This document shows, piece after piece, positions 46,666 through 58,945 of a DNA stretch of 64,000 bases. Position 1 is the stretch's first letter. Each line of letters opens with the position of its first letter. Origin of the DNA: Selaginella moellendorffii (Eukaryota; Plantae; Lycopodiophyta). The notes beneath the pieces were generated by a model that was given only the letters and a program-made list of their open reading frames with translations, made no database searches and was not told the origin of the DNA. The translations under genes were made by a program, and so were the position numbers. The DNA lies in contig NW_003314329.1 in assembly GCF_000143415.4 (NCBI RefSeq), positions 391,421 to 455,420 of the forward strand, in the 5' to 3' direction.

Positions 46666-49015
46666 TTAATTAACAACGACGCTCTCTTTGTCGACAAAAC
46701 CATCTTGTTCCTCCTCCACGCTGCTCGAGAGCCTGTACGTTCCTTCGTTATCCTTGCGAAAGGCCAGATACGCGGCTAGCAGCGCATAAGCGAGCAATGC
46801 CAAGAAACCAGCAATCCCCAGAAGAGCAATGTGTAGTCTCCGCAGTCTAGATCTTTGCAGCCACTTGATAAAATTGCTGGCCAGGTAGAACAAATTCACC
46901 AGAATGATGCTCGATCCGATCACCCAAGTCAATATTGTCACCTGTAGCGGCATTGTCAAGTTTCCACACAAACTCGAGACTAGAAAATCGTAAAAGTACC
47001 TTTCTGTGGTTGACATGCGGACCCATCTTTCCTGGATTGCTTGTGAACTTGAGCAGTGGTATGAGTGCAAACGGTAGCTCGAAAGAAAGAATCATCTGCA
47101 GCAACCAAAGCTTTGTCAAGCCACGAAAAGTTATGCAAACTTTCGATGATGGTTACCGAGGATATTATGATAAGCTGTCCGGCACCAGATGATCCGCCGA
47201 GTAGAGCCACAACTAGACTTGGAACAATTGCAACGCATCTTGTCAACAAGTTCCTAATCCACTGCTCAAACCGGAGCTCCAAAAATCCCTGAAAGAGCAC
47301 AATTATTCGAGGGAATCACACCAGGCAGCAAAAAACCAACCTGCATGACATACTGCCCAGCAAATGTCCCAGTAATTGTCGAGCTTTGGCCTGACGCAAG
47401 CAAAGCGATTCCGAACAAAACCCCGCTCCAGCTCCCAAGGACATGCTAAGAAGTTCCTAGGTGAGAACACAGCAATTGTATACGTATGGTTGTCTCACCT
47501 TTAAAAGGAAAGAAGCACGATTCAAGTCTAAGTTACTGCATCGATCCGCATCATCTACTGAGAGTTGAGAGTCGCTACAAACCGCTCCACTGACAGCTAC
47601 AACTGCCAGATTGATGGCAAAAGACACGAGCAATGCGAAACAGCATTCGATTAAATTGTACCTGCACCCATCCTGATACCACCACCGAGACACCACATGA
47701 ATTCACACTGAATACAAAGACATATAGAACTTTACCCGGATTCCTTCCATTGTCTGAGGAGTCGATCTTGTGAGCACGAGAGCTGAATGCAAAAACAAGT
47801 TATGCCTGCAGACAAAAAGAGTCAGAACTTATCCACAACGTAAACAAAGCAGTATACTTACGGCATAACCATGGCACCAAAGAGGGAGATGGCTATCCCT
47901 GCTGCTCCATTTCCACTTAATCTAGGAATAAACAGTCCCTTCATCAACTCCACAGGAGAGGGACGCGCATTGAACATCTCCACGAAGAAACAGCTAGCTA
48001 TCGTAAACACCAAAATCGATATGAAGATCTCGAGCTTGCGAATCTGAGGAGAGAACAGCAGAGCTGAGCTTTATCCAAGTACAATAGCCTGAAGAAAAAA
48101 CGAGAAGCGTACCCCGTATTGCTGCAAAGCAAGAAAAAGAAGCGTGCTCAATCCGGTAAGTACGACTCCAATCCATAATTGAAGGCCAAAGAGCATGTTG
48201 AGAGCATACGCCGTCCCAATCACTGGCATCAAACAGAAAAACGTTAAGATCAAGCAGCTACAAGATAAAAGTTTTAACACCTTCGGGAATATCACTGGCG
48301 ACAATAGCAATCTCAGCTAAAAACCACAGCACTAGATTCACCTTGGGTGGATACTCCAAGCGACAATGCTGTGCCAGATGCTTCTCTGCACATCCAAAAA
48401 CGGTGTGTTAGTCCTTGCAAGGACTCCTCGCCTCAAGAGAAAATTAAATACCAAGCTAACCAGTTACAACTCCCAGATTGGCAGCAAGAGACTGTATCAA
48501 TGCACCGGAGACGGTCGCAAGAAGAAGAACCCACAGCAGCTGTGAGAACAAACATTGTGAGAATTTTTACTGGAAGAGCAGGAGAAGTTCCTGAATCTCA
48601 CCTCATACTTGAACTGTGCTCCAGCTTGGAGATCGCTCTCGACTAGAACAAACAAAGACAAACACAGAGAATTTTAGAAATGAAAATCATATCACAAAGA
48701 AAGATCAAACAGCCTGTAGCTCACGCTCTCGATTCAAAGAGCTCTCGTTAAGACTTACAATTCCCGGGATCCATGTATGCAATCGCGACGAGGAAGCCAG
48801 GGCCGACATAAGCCATGAGCTTCTTCCATCCTCGCGCCTTTGGACACGAATCAGCAGCTAGAAGAGAAGCATCGAGAGAGGTCGCTCACCTGTGGCACGG
48901 ACACCTGATTCACAGCCAAATCGTCCTTGCTGCCGTCGCTCAGCGGCGAAATCTTCTGGTATTTGCCGATTCCTCGCGCGGCGCCATCGCTCTTCTCCGT
49001 CTCTAAGCTATTCAT
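46666..49015 (-). CDS. NRAMP: NRAMP divalent metal transporter (NRAMP1-like group), multi-exon
   Basis: [74 protein letters not shown]. The ATG at 49015 splices in frame via a 52-nt intron. Confidence 0.94.
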
Positions 49016-49049
49016 CTAGGCTATGACTTTAGGGCACCGGGGAGAGGGA

Positions 49050-49652
49050 ATGGACAAGGAGGCTCTCAGGCAGCGCCTCGAGCAGGCAATCCAGGGCGTG
49101 GCAGTGGGGCAAGATTCATCGCCAGATCGCCTCCAGACGCTCCAGGATCTGGTGTCGCAGGGATCTGGATCGAGCGCCGGCTGCTCCAAGTGCTCCGCGC
49201 GAATATTTCCTCGCGCGCGCATCTGCTTCGTGTGTGGATCTCAGATCCCGGGCCGCCAGCAGCAGGAGCACAAGCGGCAGCCATTCGAATTCGAGAAATC
49301 GGTTGCTTTCGCGCGATTCTTGCAATCTTTGAGCTCGGATCCCTCGGTATGTTAATTCCAGTGCCAGCATTCTTGCATCTACTAGTTGGAAGGGAAAGAG
49401 AAGAAGCTACACGTACGTAGCTCGTGTGAGATCACTTTTTTTTTCTCGCGTCGACAACAGGAGAGATCTTTCTATCGTCGTGTGTGAGCATTTGGAATCC
49501 TTTCTGAGATCGAACTGAGGTGGTCGTGGCTTTTGGCGACAGATCGAACACCCTTCATCTTTTTCTACACCTGGACAAAGTGCTGAGATTCTCCGTGAGC
49601 CAGTTTTGGATGGAGAACACGAATCTTTGGGCTCGTTTGCAAGCTCCAAAAG
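49050..49652 (+). CDS. Uncharacterised protein with CxxC-x11-CxxC zinc ribbon; downstream exon structure uncertain, possibly truncated or a pseudogene
   Basis: CSKCSARIFPRARICFVCG...FEFEKSVAFARFLQSL recalls the N-terminus of plant 'dentin sialophosphoprotein-like' unknown proteins. GT donor at 49347; the most obvious next exon hits a TGA. Confidence 0.5.
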
Positions 49653-49863
49653 GTATCGATATCGTGTTTTGTTCTAGTGCTCTTACTGATAAGCAAAACT
49701 TTCTGGAACCAGTGCTAGCAATGGGCCAGCAGCCGAGGATCCAGTGAACGATCTCTTGTCACAAATGGGCGATTTGTCATTCATGCTAGCCGATCGTCTC
49801 GTAGTTCCGGTTGGAGGTAGCGGAGCGTAGCAAGAGAGAGGAAAAAAAAAACGATCCTGGCTT

Positions 49864-51955
49864 TCATAATCGCGGTCGCTTCCTCGAGCTACTACTTTCA
49901 GCTTGAAGATGCATCGAAGTGACTGCGTCCGTGAGCTTTGCCGTTGACAGTGGCGACTCGCAAAGCTTCTCAAAGAACTCATATCGGGCAATCTTCCAGC
50001 CGCGTGCAACCAGGCCGCTAACATCGCACACGCCAACCTTGTCGTGGTGACCGGAGCATTCGAAGGCTTGCACCAGGGATTCTAGGGACTCCTTCCTCCG
50101 GAAAACCACAAACGCGGAGCTCTCATCGATGCGCACGACTTCTACATGCGGTGGTGATTTAGCGGTAAAGCAGGCTTTCACGTCAGCTTCCAAGCTTCGA
50201 CTGTCAACTTCCAAGCTTCGAGTGGAACCGGAGCCCCACATCAGTGCCACACTCTTGGCCTTCTCACGCTCGATGGATCGAGAAGACTTGAGTGACCTGG
50301 GACCAGTTGCTTCCTGGCCAGTCGAAAGATCGAGGACAAAGTGCCCTCGCCAACCAAGGTACAAGTGATTTGCGTGGCTCCCAAGGCCTGATCTTTCTTC
50401 CTCGCCCTCTTTTGCTTGCTCGCAGAGTGAAGGCAAGTTCGCGGGATCCATCTTCATAAACTGGCAGATGTTGGCAAAGACTGCCGCCGTCATGTAAGCA
50501 TCATAGCCGGCCTCGTGCTTCATCTCTGTCCCATCGTACCTGCAAAGGCTGGAGCTTCCAAACTCGATCTGGACTTTGTTTGGCAGCTTTCCCACGTTTG
50601 AGAACACCGGGCCTAAGGTTGTGCCGCCTTTCCCAAGCATTTCTTGAGCCGCCGAGTCCGCTTTCAGCAAGTACTTGGTGTCGAAGATGCAAGGGAAATG
50701 CTGGTGGATGGACGAGCAGAATTCGGAGCAGCTCAAAGGAAGAGTTGCGAAGAATTTGTTGTAAATATGAGCAATATCTGGAGAACAGTGTTGTAAGTTT
50801 TGGCCAAGAAATGATTGAAAGGTTGGTTACCAAGAAAGCAATTGTGTCCGACCACTGGCTTCTTCGACTCCACTAGAGCATCAATAAGTTGACGAAATCC
50901 TATTGCATCCATGATCTGGTTTTCCAATCTCGACCTTCTATCCTTTTCCCATTGACCCTGCAAGGAAGAGAACGCTCAAAACACGACCCGAGTGAAGAAG
51001 AAAAAGAATCTGCAGTTCACTCACCACTAAGAGCGCCCTCTCCTTCACAGATCGAGGAAACAGAATTTTCACTTTCTTTGCACCATCCTCCGTAAAAGGA
51101 ACGAGATCTTGGAAGCTCTTTCGCAAAACCTGACGAAGAAATGGATAGTGACTGTAGAAAACGTGAAAACAAGCACGAAACTTACCTGGTGAACGAGGTT
51201 GGCTTCATGGTTACCAGCAACTTCCACAACGAGGCACAGCCGCTCCTCAGGTTCGTGAGCATCCTTTTCTCTTTGCAGCACTTTGTCACGCCATTCCCCG
51301 GCTTGGACTCGCACGCTCTCGCTAAAGATAACGTCCGCTGTTCTATTGAGTGGAATCTCCAGTGCCGAGAAGCTCTCAAGCTCGCGTGGTGCTCCATCCG
51401 CATCCGTCAACTTCAGTTTATGTCTAGCGAGTTTCTCCTGCTCGTGAGATAGATAAGAAATTCCTGGATCGCAGAGTTATCAGCTATGGAAGAAGAGAAA
51501 AAGAAAAAGCTCACCGTCGTAAATGCAGGCATTGAAATCAAACTGGTGCTTCGCAAGAAACTCGAGTGAAGTCGCCTGGCACAAGAAATCTCTCGCGGGC
51601 ATCTCGATTTGGAGCTCGTGACGCGGGAACAAACAAAAGTTATAGCTGCATTGGAAGAAAAAGTAGAAATTCACCTCAAAGATCACACTAAAACTCACGG
51701 ATAGGCGATGAATTTCCCACCGGCAGCATCCCACAAGACCGGGCAGAGGCCAAACTGGATCATCGCAAATTTCTCGGCCGAGTCGCGAAGATTGAGGTAG
51801 CGAGTGTGGAGATTGTCCACCTCTGTGGCGCCGCGCCATGGCGTCGTCTGGACGCCGGTCAGCTCCAGATCCACAGCCACAAATGCCGCCTGGCGGATGT
51901 GAGCCCTAGCCTCGACTAGCGCCTCCTCCCAATTGCTCCGCGTCACGAACGCCAT
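49864..51955 (-). CDS. PARN: Poly(A)-specific ribonuclease (CAF1/DEDD family), multi-exon
   Basis: FVAVDLELTG, SAEKFAMIQFGLC, SLEFLAKHQFDFN, VGHNCFLD, FDTKYL, HEAGYDAYMT. Confidence 0.92.
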
Positions 51956-52022
51956 GGATGGATCTCACGGCTGCCCTAGAAATAGATCCCATTCCAAAAT
52001 GATTTAAAATTTAAAACCTTTT

Positions 52023-52044
52023 AAACCCTAAACCCTAGACCCTA
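52023..52044. promoter_or_regulatory. Telo-box-like (AAACCCTA) repeats upstream of PARN, overlapping the stop codon of the PPR gene
   Basis: aaaccctaaaccctagacccta. Confidence 0.5.
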
Positions 52045-53622
52045 GCATTTGTATAAATTGGAGAGCAATACGTAAGGGGCAGAGAGTTCCCTGTTTGATT
52101 CACAGGCAGCCATTGCAACTCTGCTATCCTTGTGAGCGCTCGTCGTCGAATTTCCAAGCAAGCACTTCCAATCGACAGAATCCGGCTCATACGGCATTGT
52201 TTTGATGAGCTCTCTCGCGTTTTCCAAATGCCCAGCTCGGCCCAGGAGATCAACCATGCAGCAGTAGTGGAGCTTCGAGGGAGAAAGCCCAAAATCTCTC
52301 GTCATTGACACAAAGCAGCTCCACCCAGCACGAAGATCGCCCACTCGCGCTGGACCCAATAGAACACAGAGGAGTGAAGTTTCGTCGGGATCAATACCCT
52401 CGACGAGGAGCTCCCCGAAAAGCTCCATTGCTACGTCAAAATGCCCGCTTTGGGCATGCCCAGCAAGCATCGCATTCCAGGAAGCAAGCCATCTTTCTGG
52501 AATCAACAAAAACATTCCTCGGGCATCGGTAAGATGCCCCTTTTGAGCGTAAAAAGCCAACATACTTGTCCAAGAGACGGTGTTTCTCTCCCTCATCGAA
52601 TCAAAAATCCCCCGAGCCTCAGCCAAATGCCCGTTTCTGGCATATGCAGCAAGCATGGCATGCCACGAGATGAGATTGTGCTCTGGCATATTCTCAAGAG
52701 TGTTTCTGGCATCAACCGGATTCTCTGAGATGGATGCGTAGGCGCAAAGAATTGCGTTCCAAGAGACAGAGTTACGCTCCTTCATGGAATCAAACAGAGA
52801 TTTTGATTCCTCTAGATGCCCCGCCTGGGCATATGCCGAGAGCATCGAGTTCCAGGACACAACATCCCACTCGGGCATGGACTGAAAGGTGGCGCTGGCC
52901 TCGCGCAGAGATCCGGTATGAGAAAACGCGCTGATCATCGCGGTCCACGACACGAGATCTCTCTCCGGCATGCGATCGAAGGTGTTCTTGGCGTCCTCGA
53001 TTCGCCCTCTTTGCGTGTATGCCGAGAGCATGCTGGTGAGCGAGATGAGATCCAGCTCCGGCATGGAATTGAAGATCCCCTCGGCCTCCTCTAGTTGATC
53101 GTGCTGGGTGTAGGCATCCAGCAGCGAATTCCACGACACCATGTTCTTCTCGGCCATCTGATCGAACAGGGCCTGCGCCTGGGGAAGATCTCCGCCCCTG
53201 GCAAGCGCCGAGAGCATCGCATTCCACGCGACGAGATCCCACCGCGGCATTCTCTGAAAGACGTCGATCGCCCCGCCCAGATTCCAGCTGTGGGTGTAGG
53301 CCGATAGCATCGCGGTCCAGGAGACGAGATCTCTCTCCGGCATCGCATCGAACACGCGCCTGGCCTCTTCCACATCCCCATTCTGGGCATACGCAGACAG
53401 CAGCAGCATCCACGAGAAGCTGTTCTTGGAAGCGATCCGATCGAAAACCTGGCGGGCAGCCGCCGCGCTCCCGCATCGCCCATACATCTGGACGACGAGA
53501 TTCGAGAGGAAAACCGACGAATCAAGCGGGGAATGCGTGGCGCCGGCGATCCTCGCGTGGAGAGCTTTCGCCCTAGCGAGAGTCTTGCAAGCTCTCACAA
53601 GAGTAACCCAGTCGTCCTCCAT
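52042..53622 (-). CDS. PPR protein composed mainly of tandem S/SS motifs, E-type end, intronless
   Basis: 526 aa; repeats of F..MPERDLVSWTAML.AY; HYCCMVDLLGRAGHL. Confidence 0.93.
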   Translation of the reverse strand: MEDDWVTLVRACKTLARAKALHARIAGATHSPLDSSVFLSNLVVQMYGRCGSAAAARQVFDRIASKNSFSWMLLLSAYAQNGDVEEARRVFDAMPERDLVSWTAMLSAYTHSWNLGGAIDVFQRMPRWDLVAWNAMLSALARGGDLPQAQALFDQMAEKNMVSWNSLLDAYTQHDQLEEAEGIFNSMPELDLISLTSMLSAYTQRGRIEDAKNTFDRMPERDLVSWTAMISAFSHTGSLREASATFQSMPEWDVVSWNSMLSAYAQAGHLEESKSLFDSMKERNSVSWNAILCAYASISENPVDARNTLENMPEHNLISWHAMLAAYARNGHLAEARGIFDSMRERNTVSWTSMLAFYAQKGHLTDARGMFLLIPERWLASWNAMLAGHAQSGHFDVAMELFGELLVEGIDPDETSLLCVLLGPARVGDLRAGWSCFVSMTRDFGLSPSKLHYCCMVDLLGRAGHLENARELIKTMPYEPDSVDWKCLLGNSTTSAHKDSRVAMAACESNRELSAPYVLLSNLYKC

Positions 53623-53704
53623 TCAACCACAAGGTTTTTGAATTTCCCGCCAATTCCATAGGGTTCTTTTAGTTAGGGCTCTAAGCTCGGAGGAGGAGCG
53701 CTTC

Positions 53705-56493
53705 TCAGGTATGGATTGGCGTCGTCCTCAGCATTTCCACAATTTGCTGCATTGTGGGTCTGTCCGCTGGATTGCCCTTTGTGCACAGCAGCGCAATCTG
53801 GAAAACCCTCTCCATCTCCTTTTTCTCGATCCGGGAGGCTTCCCTCCACATCTCTGGATCTGCCACGCTTTCCAAGCCTGTGGATGATCCTCTCGTCTCG
53901 TTTCTTACCCACACCGTCATGTTTCCATCGGTCTCTGAGAAGAGTGGATCGAGCGGTGTCTTTCGTAGCAGCAGCTCGAGAAGTATCACTCCAAAGCTGT
54001 ATATGTCGCTTTTCTCGTTCACTTTGAGCGTGAAAGCATACTCTGCAAAGAGAGAGAGAGAGAGAGAAATGTGAGTTTGAGAGCTTCTTTCTTCGTTTCT
54101 TTTTGTTTTCTACCTGGAGCAATGTATCCATACGAGCCTGCGATGTAGGACATGGACTTCGTCTCCGCTTCTTTCTCGATGAGCTTGGCCAAGCCAAAGT
54201 CTGCAATTTTTGGAACCATGTCTTTGTCCAAGAGAATGTTGTTGGCTTTTATGTCCCTGTGAATTATCTTTGGCACGCAGTCGTGGTGCAAGTATGAGAG
54301 GCCGTGAGCAATGCCTAGAGCAATCTCGTAACGAAGTTGCCACGAGATCTTCTCGTTTGAGCAGCGGCCGTGTAGCAGGCTCCCCAAGCTTCCGTTTGTC
54401 ATGAAGTTGGAAACGAGAAGTGCTGATCCTCCGTGTCTGTAGTGGCCTAAAACTTTGAGGATGTTTCGGTGCCTGACTTTACCAGCGGTTTCCCACTCAT
54501 GCATCAAGCTGTCCTCGGCTGCGATAGTGAGCTTCTTGATAGCAAGAACTTTTCCCGACTCCATTTCTGCTCGGTAAACAGTTCCATAGCCACCCTGTCC
54601 TATGATGAACTCTTGATTCAATCCGTTTGTCACTTGCATGATCTTTTCCAGCAAGAGAGTCCTGCCTCTGTCGTCGGTTCCTCGCCTTTTGTTTCTACGT
54701 CTCCAGATCCAGCATGCAACGATGCTTGCTAGAGCAACGCATATAAATACTACCCCGCATGCTATGGCTGCTTTACCGGTTGTAGAAAGCTTGTTCTTAT
54801 GTTTACAGTTTATTGCGCAGGCGAGCTCGGTGGTGTTACGATTTCTGAGGCCTAGGAAGGAAGAACTGTTGAATTTGCTTGAGGCCGACGGGATTGGTGC
54901 AAGTAAGTGGTTATTATATGACACGTTGAGGTGCTCCAAGCTTGTTAGCCGTTCAAGCTGGGAAGGAATGTTGCCTTCCAGATTGTTTGCAGACAGATCC
55001 AAGTCTTCCAGCATTCTCAAGTTCTCGAGCCGAGCCGGTATTGTACCCGACAGTCTGTTGCTACTCAGGTCGAGCCGTCTGAGTGAATGTAAGCCTCCAA
55101 GATCACCGGGAATACTGCCTGTAAACTTGTTGTTGTTCAGGACAAGAGCGAGAAGCTTGCTGAAAGTTCCTATAAATCGCGGGATGGTTCCTTCCAGCTG
55201 ATTTCCATCGAGAAAGAGTTTCTCCAGTCTTTGCAGTATTTGCATGTCTGGAGGAATTTCTCCGTGAAGGGAGTTGTGACTAAGATCCAGCGTGAAGATA
55301 TCCGATCCACCGAAGTGTCGAGGAATGAGTCCAGTGAGCCTGTTGTGCGACAAGTTCAGCTGGCGGAGCTGCTCAAACCCGCTGATAAGGTCGCCAGAAA
55401 TGCGATTGCATGCGAGGAAAAGCGTCGTCAGATTTTTGCAGTCATTCAGCGAAGCTGGAAGAGAACCATTGAGCCGGTTGTTGGAGAGATCCAGGTAATT
55501 CAACACTTGATTCTGGCCGACCTCTTCCGGGACTTGACCCGTGAGCATGTTGTTTTGCAGCAACAGCCGTTCTAGCTTTGGACATGTCAAGAGCTTTGGT
55601 GGGATTTCGCCTTGGAGATTATTGTCGTGCAAGTATACTCTCTCCAGAAAGCCATTGACGCACAGATCCTCGGGAATAGTCCCTGTGAACCGGTTGCTGG
55701 ACAGGTATAAAACTAGTAAGTTGCTGTGTCTTCCAAGTTTTACTGGAAGGTCCCCACTGAGCTGATTGTCATTCAACCATAGGTTCTGGAGCCGGGGCAG
55801 CGTTGCCACGCTTGGATGTACATTGCCTGCTAAGTTGTTAAACGACAGCGCCAGGTCCGTGAGATTCGTGCAGTTTGTAAAATCCGGGATGCCTCCACTG
55901 AGATTATTCATGGCTACGCCAAGTTTTTCCAGTCGTCTAAGCTGTCCAAGCTCAACTGGCACATTTCCTTCGAGGTAATTTCCAGAAACATCCAGCTCTT
56001 TCAACCTTCGACAGCTTCCCAAGCTACGAGGTATGCTCCCGCTCAAGTTGTTCCTTGACAGGTATAGATATTCCAGGTTCTCGAGCATTTCCATGTGCCT
56101 GGGAATTTCACCAGACAGCTGATTGCTGGAAAGGCTTAGCATCGTCAGCTCGGTGAGTTTCAAGAGCTCCACAGGTATGTGTCCACTCAAGCCATTCTGG
56201 GAGAGATCCAAGCGTTGCAGGAATTTCAGGTGGCCCAGCGAAGGAGATATCTGACCCGTCAAGAACTTGTTGTATAGCAAGACCGCTGTCACTGTGACGC
56301 CATCGTCGCGACACAACACGCCTTCCCAGGACGAGCATGGCGATTCTAACTTCCAGCTTGTAAGCGACGCATTTGAGTCTACCAGCTGCTGACTAAAACT
56401 ATGCAGGATCTGGAGATCGCTAGAGCGGACGCAACATACCGAAGCAATGGATCCGAGAGCCAAGAACACCCGAAGAAAGATCGTGGCGCTCAT
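53705..56493 (-). CDS. LRR receptor-like Ser/Thr kinase (subfamily XI-like), one intron in the kinase domain (~54045-54115)
   Basis: Signal peptide MSATIFLRVFLALG; ~19 LRRs (LDLS.N.LSG.IP); TM helix; GQGGYG, HRDIK, DFG, GSYGYIAP|EY. Confidence 0.94.
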
Positions 56494-56910
56494 CGCATTC
56501 GTCTCACCCAAACTAAACTCCACTCCCCTTAGGTAATGGATCAATTCCCTGACAGCCATTGTCTGCTCACACGCAAGCGTGTTGACTTCAAACGCAGAGA
56601 TCTCTTTGCGAACCCCATGCAATCACTGGATGGATGGACACTGACGGGCAGCGTGGTTTTGATATCGTTTTCAAAGCTTTGTTTTATACATCGTGGAGAA
56701 CATGTGGTGAGATTTTAGAAAAGAATCTTGGGTGTTGGACTTTTGACTTTCAAAGAGTGATCTTCCGTGATACACCTTTGACTCTGCGCACATTTTCCGA
56801 AAGAAAAAGAACCACATACCAGGAGTCTCGTTCATACACGTAGCTAGTGACGTTGGCGCTCTCAAAATCAAGGTATCTTCACGAGCCATAGGAGCAATTG
56901 TTCTGGAGGA

Positions 56911-58466
56911 TTAGGCCTGTTGCTTGCAAAGCTGATGCTGCTTGCGGTGTTGCTCACTAGTGATGGCTATGGCTTGATCGTTGGGGAAGAGAGTTCCATA
57001 CAGACAAGCGCACGCAAGGGTTGTAACGAAGATGGACACGACAACGAGCACAGAAGCCAGCGACAAAGCAACAACCAGGAAGCGAGTCAAGGTGCACGTC
57101 ACCGCTGAATAGTAGTGGATGGTGGCAATGGCAGCCGCTCCAAGGGGGAAAGTATAAGCCCACCAAGAAATCGAGAACCTTGCAGACATCGGATGAGCTA
57201 GAGCTCGAAACCAAACAAAGTTACTCACCTGAAACCACGAAAAAGATTCACCCGGACAACCTGGTGGTTGAAGAACACAGTTTAGAGGCAAGATCATCCA
57301 TGAGAATCGAGAAAGCAGTCTGTTACCAGGGACAGGAGAAGGAAGAGCGAGACGAAGTAAACAATCCTGGAAACGTAGCCAAAGCTGCCGGTGATATCCT
57401 CCCACGCGACGCTGGCGGTGCTGGGCGCGGCCACAAAGAGGAAGAACACTGGATGGAGGTCTTTTGGGAGCCTCTTGTTCGTAGGAAGCCTCTGGTAGAG
57501 AGTGACAAAGAGCACCATATAGTGCGCGAGACCAACAGCCCAGAAGAACATAGCGGGCTCTTTCCACCCGACTCTGGCACCAAGAACAGCCCCGACGAAG
57601 TTCCCAACGATGGAAAGATGGGTGCTCGGGTTGGCCACCTTGGACAAGCGCCTGTCACCCCCCGACAGCCACTGCCCATAGATCTTGAGCTCCAGAAGAA
57701 ACAATGGCGCCATCAACAAACACCATACCGAAGGGTGAAGCGAGAGCCCGACGGCGTCGGGGAGGCCGATGGCCAGAAACATGCCGCCGATGCACGGCGC
57801 GAAGAAGTAGTTGATCCTCACGGGGTGGAAAAACTCCCGCCGCACTGCCTCAAAGTAGAGGAAGCATTTCAGGAGGTACGTCAAAGATATGGCAACAAAG
57901 GCAAGCAGCGTTGCACACCAGAGGACGAGATTGACCTGTTTCGGGATGTGTACAAACTCCTCCATGGCGGGCGTGGACGAGAGGGACTTCCACAAGATTC
58001 CCTGGCTGCCAAGTCCCAAAACAATGCCAAAGCTGTTCACTGGGAATCTGAGCAAGAAAGGCCACACCTTGTCCATTGGAAGTAGCAGCAGGTCTTGTTC
58101 ACTCTCCTGGCATGGGTTTGCAAATCACAAAAGGAACAAGACTGTGATCAAACAACTTTAGACTATATGATATACCTCGACAACTTCCAGTTCAGGTCCC
58201 TGGAGAGCATCGAAATAACGTCCAGTTGGAACAGGAGCATTCGAAGTGGTTCCGAGGGCTGATTCTTCATCCATGCTATTGCTGCTGTTCTTCATAAGAT
58301 TTGGATCTTTGCTGTCTCTCGTCAGCTTGCGAGCGCAGGTGGAAAACGCAGCGTAGCCGTTGTCGATTGTGATGCGCAACTGTTGCTGCATCGGAATCAA
58401 TAATCGATCGCCACTGGCATTGATCCTCTCAGCGCCAGTATCAGGTTTCATGCCGTCGCTCATCAT
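56911..58466 (-). CDS. SLAH: S-type anion channel of the SLAC1/SLAH family, multi-exon
   Basis: GRYFDALQGPELE, WPFLLRFP, REFFHPVRINYFFAP, KIYGQWLSGG.RRLSKVANPSTHLS, FSISWWAYTFP, LFPNDQAIAIT. Start codon uncertain. Confidence 0.92.
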
Positions 58467-58829
58467 TAAAAAGCTCTGCACGGAGCAGCAAGGCAAGAAG
58501 AAATCCGTGACCAAAGGAAAAAGAAGGTGAGGACCAGGGGCAGAAAAAGAATACGATTTTCTTGCAGCAATTATGTGCGTGCTGCCAGTGCCTTTCCGTG
58601 CCACTTTTTTCAAGGGTTTAGTTCCAACACGGCTGCTGACAACCTACAAGAGTCAACAAAGAAAATCTACAACAATGAGCGCCGTGCTTGGCTACGGAAT
58701 CGTGAAAGAAAAATCCAGTCCTCAAACAGTTTATAGGGGCCCTTAAAAATTACCATGGAATCTAATCAAGAACGGAACCCCCAATAGGTTCACCGGCTGG
58801 ATCCAGAGACTGAGCCAGTGTCAGCTTCC

Positions 58830-58945
58830 AACCTAGATCTCAACGACAACCACGTCACCTGCATCATCCCCAGCAGATTCACTGCCACCAGCTTGCCACA
58901 GCTCTCCCCCCAACCTTGGGTGCCAATTCCTCAGGGAATTGTATC
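58830..58945 (+). pseudogene. Small decayed LRR fragment
   Basis: LDLNDNHVTCIIP...PIPQG resembles the plant LxLxxNxLxGxIP motif. Confidence 0.35.

Noticed and set aside
56494-56622. 43-aa N-terminal extension of the LRR-RLK ORF
   Set aside because: The signal peptide begins at Met 56493; the extension is probably 5' UTR.
46666-58466. Idea of a functional ion/metal-homeostasis cluster (NRAMP, SLAH, ABCA, COMMD)
   Set aside because: The genes are interspersed with unrelated housekeeping genes, and there is no sequence evidence of co-regulation.
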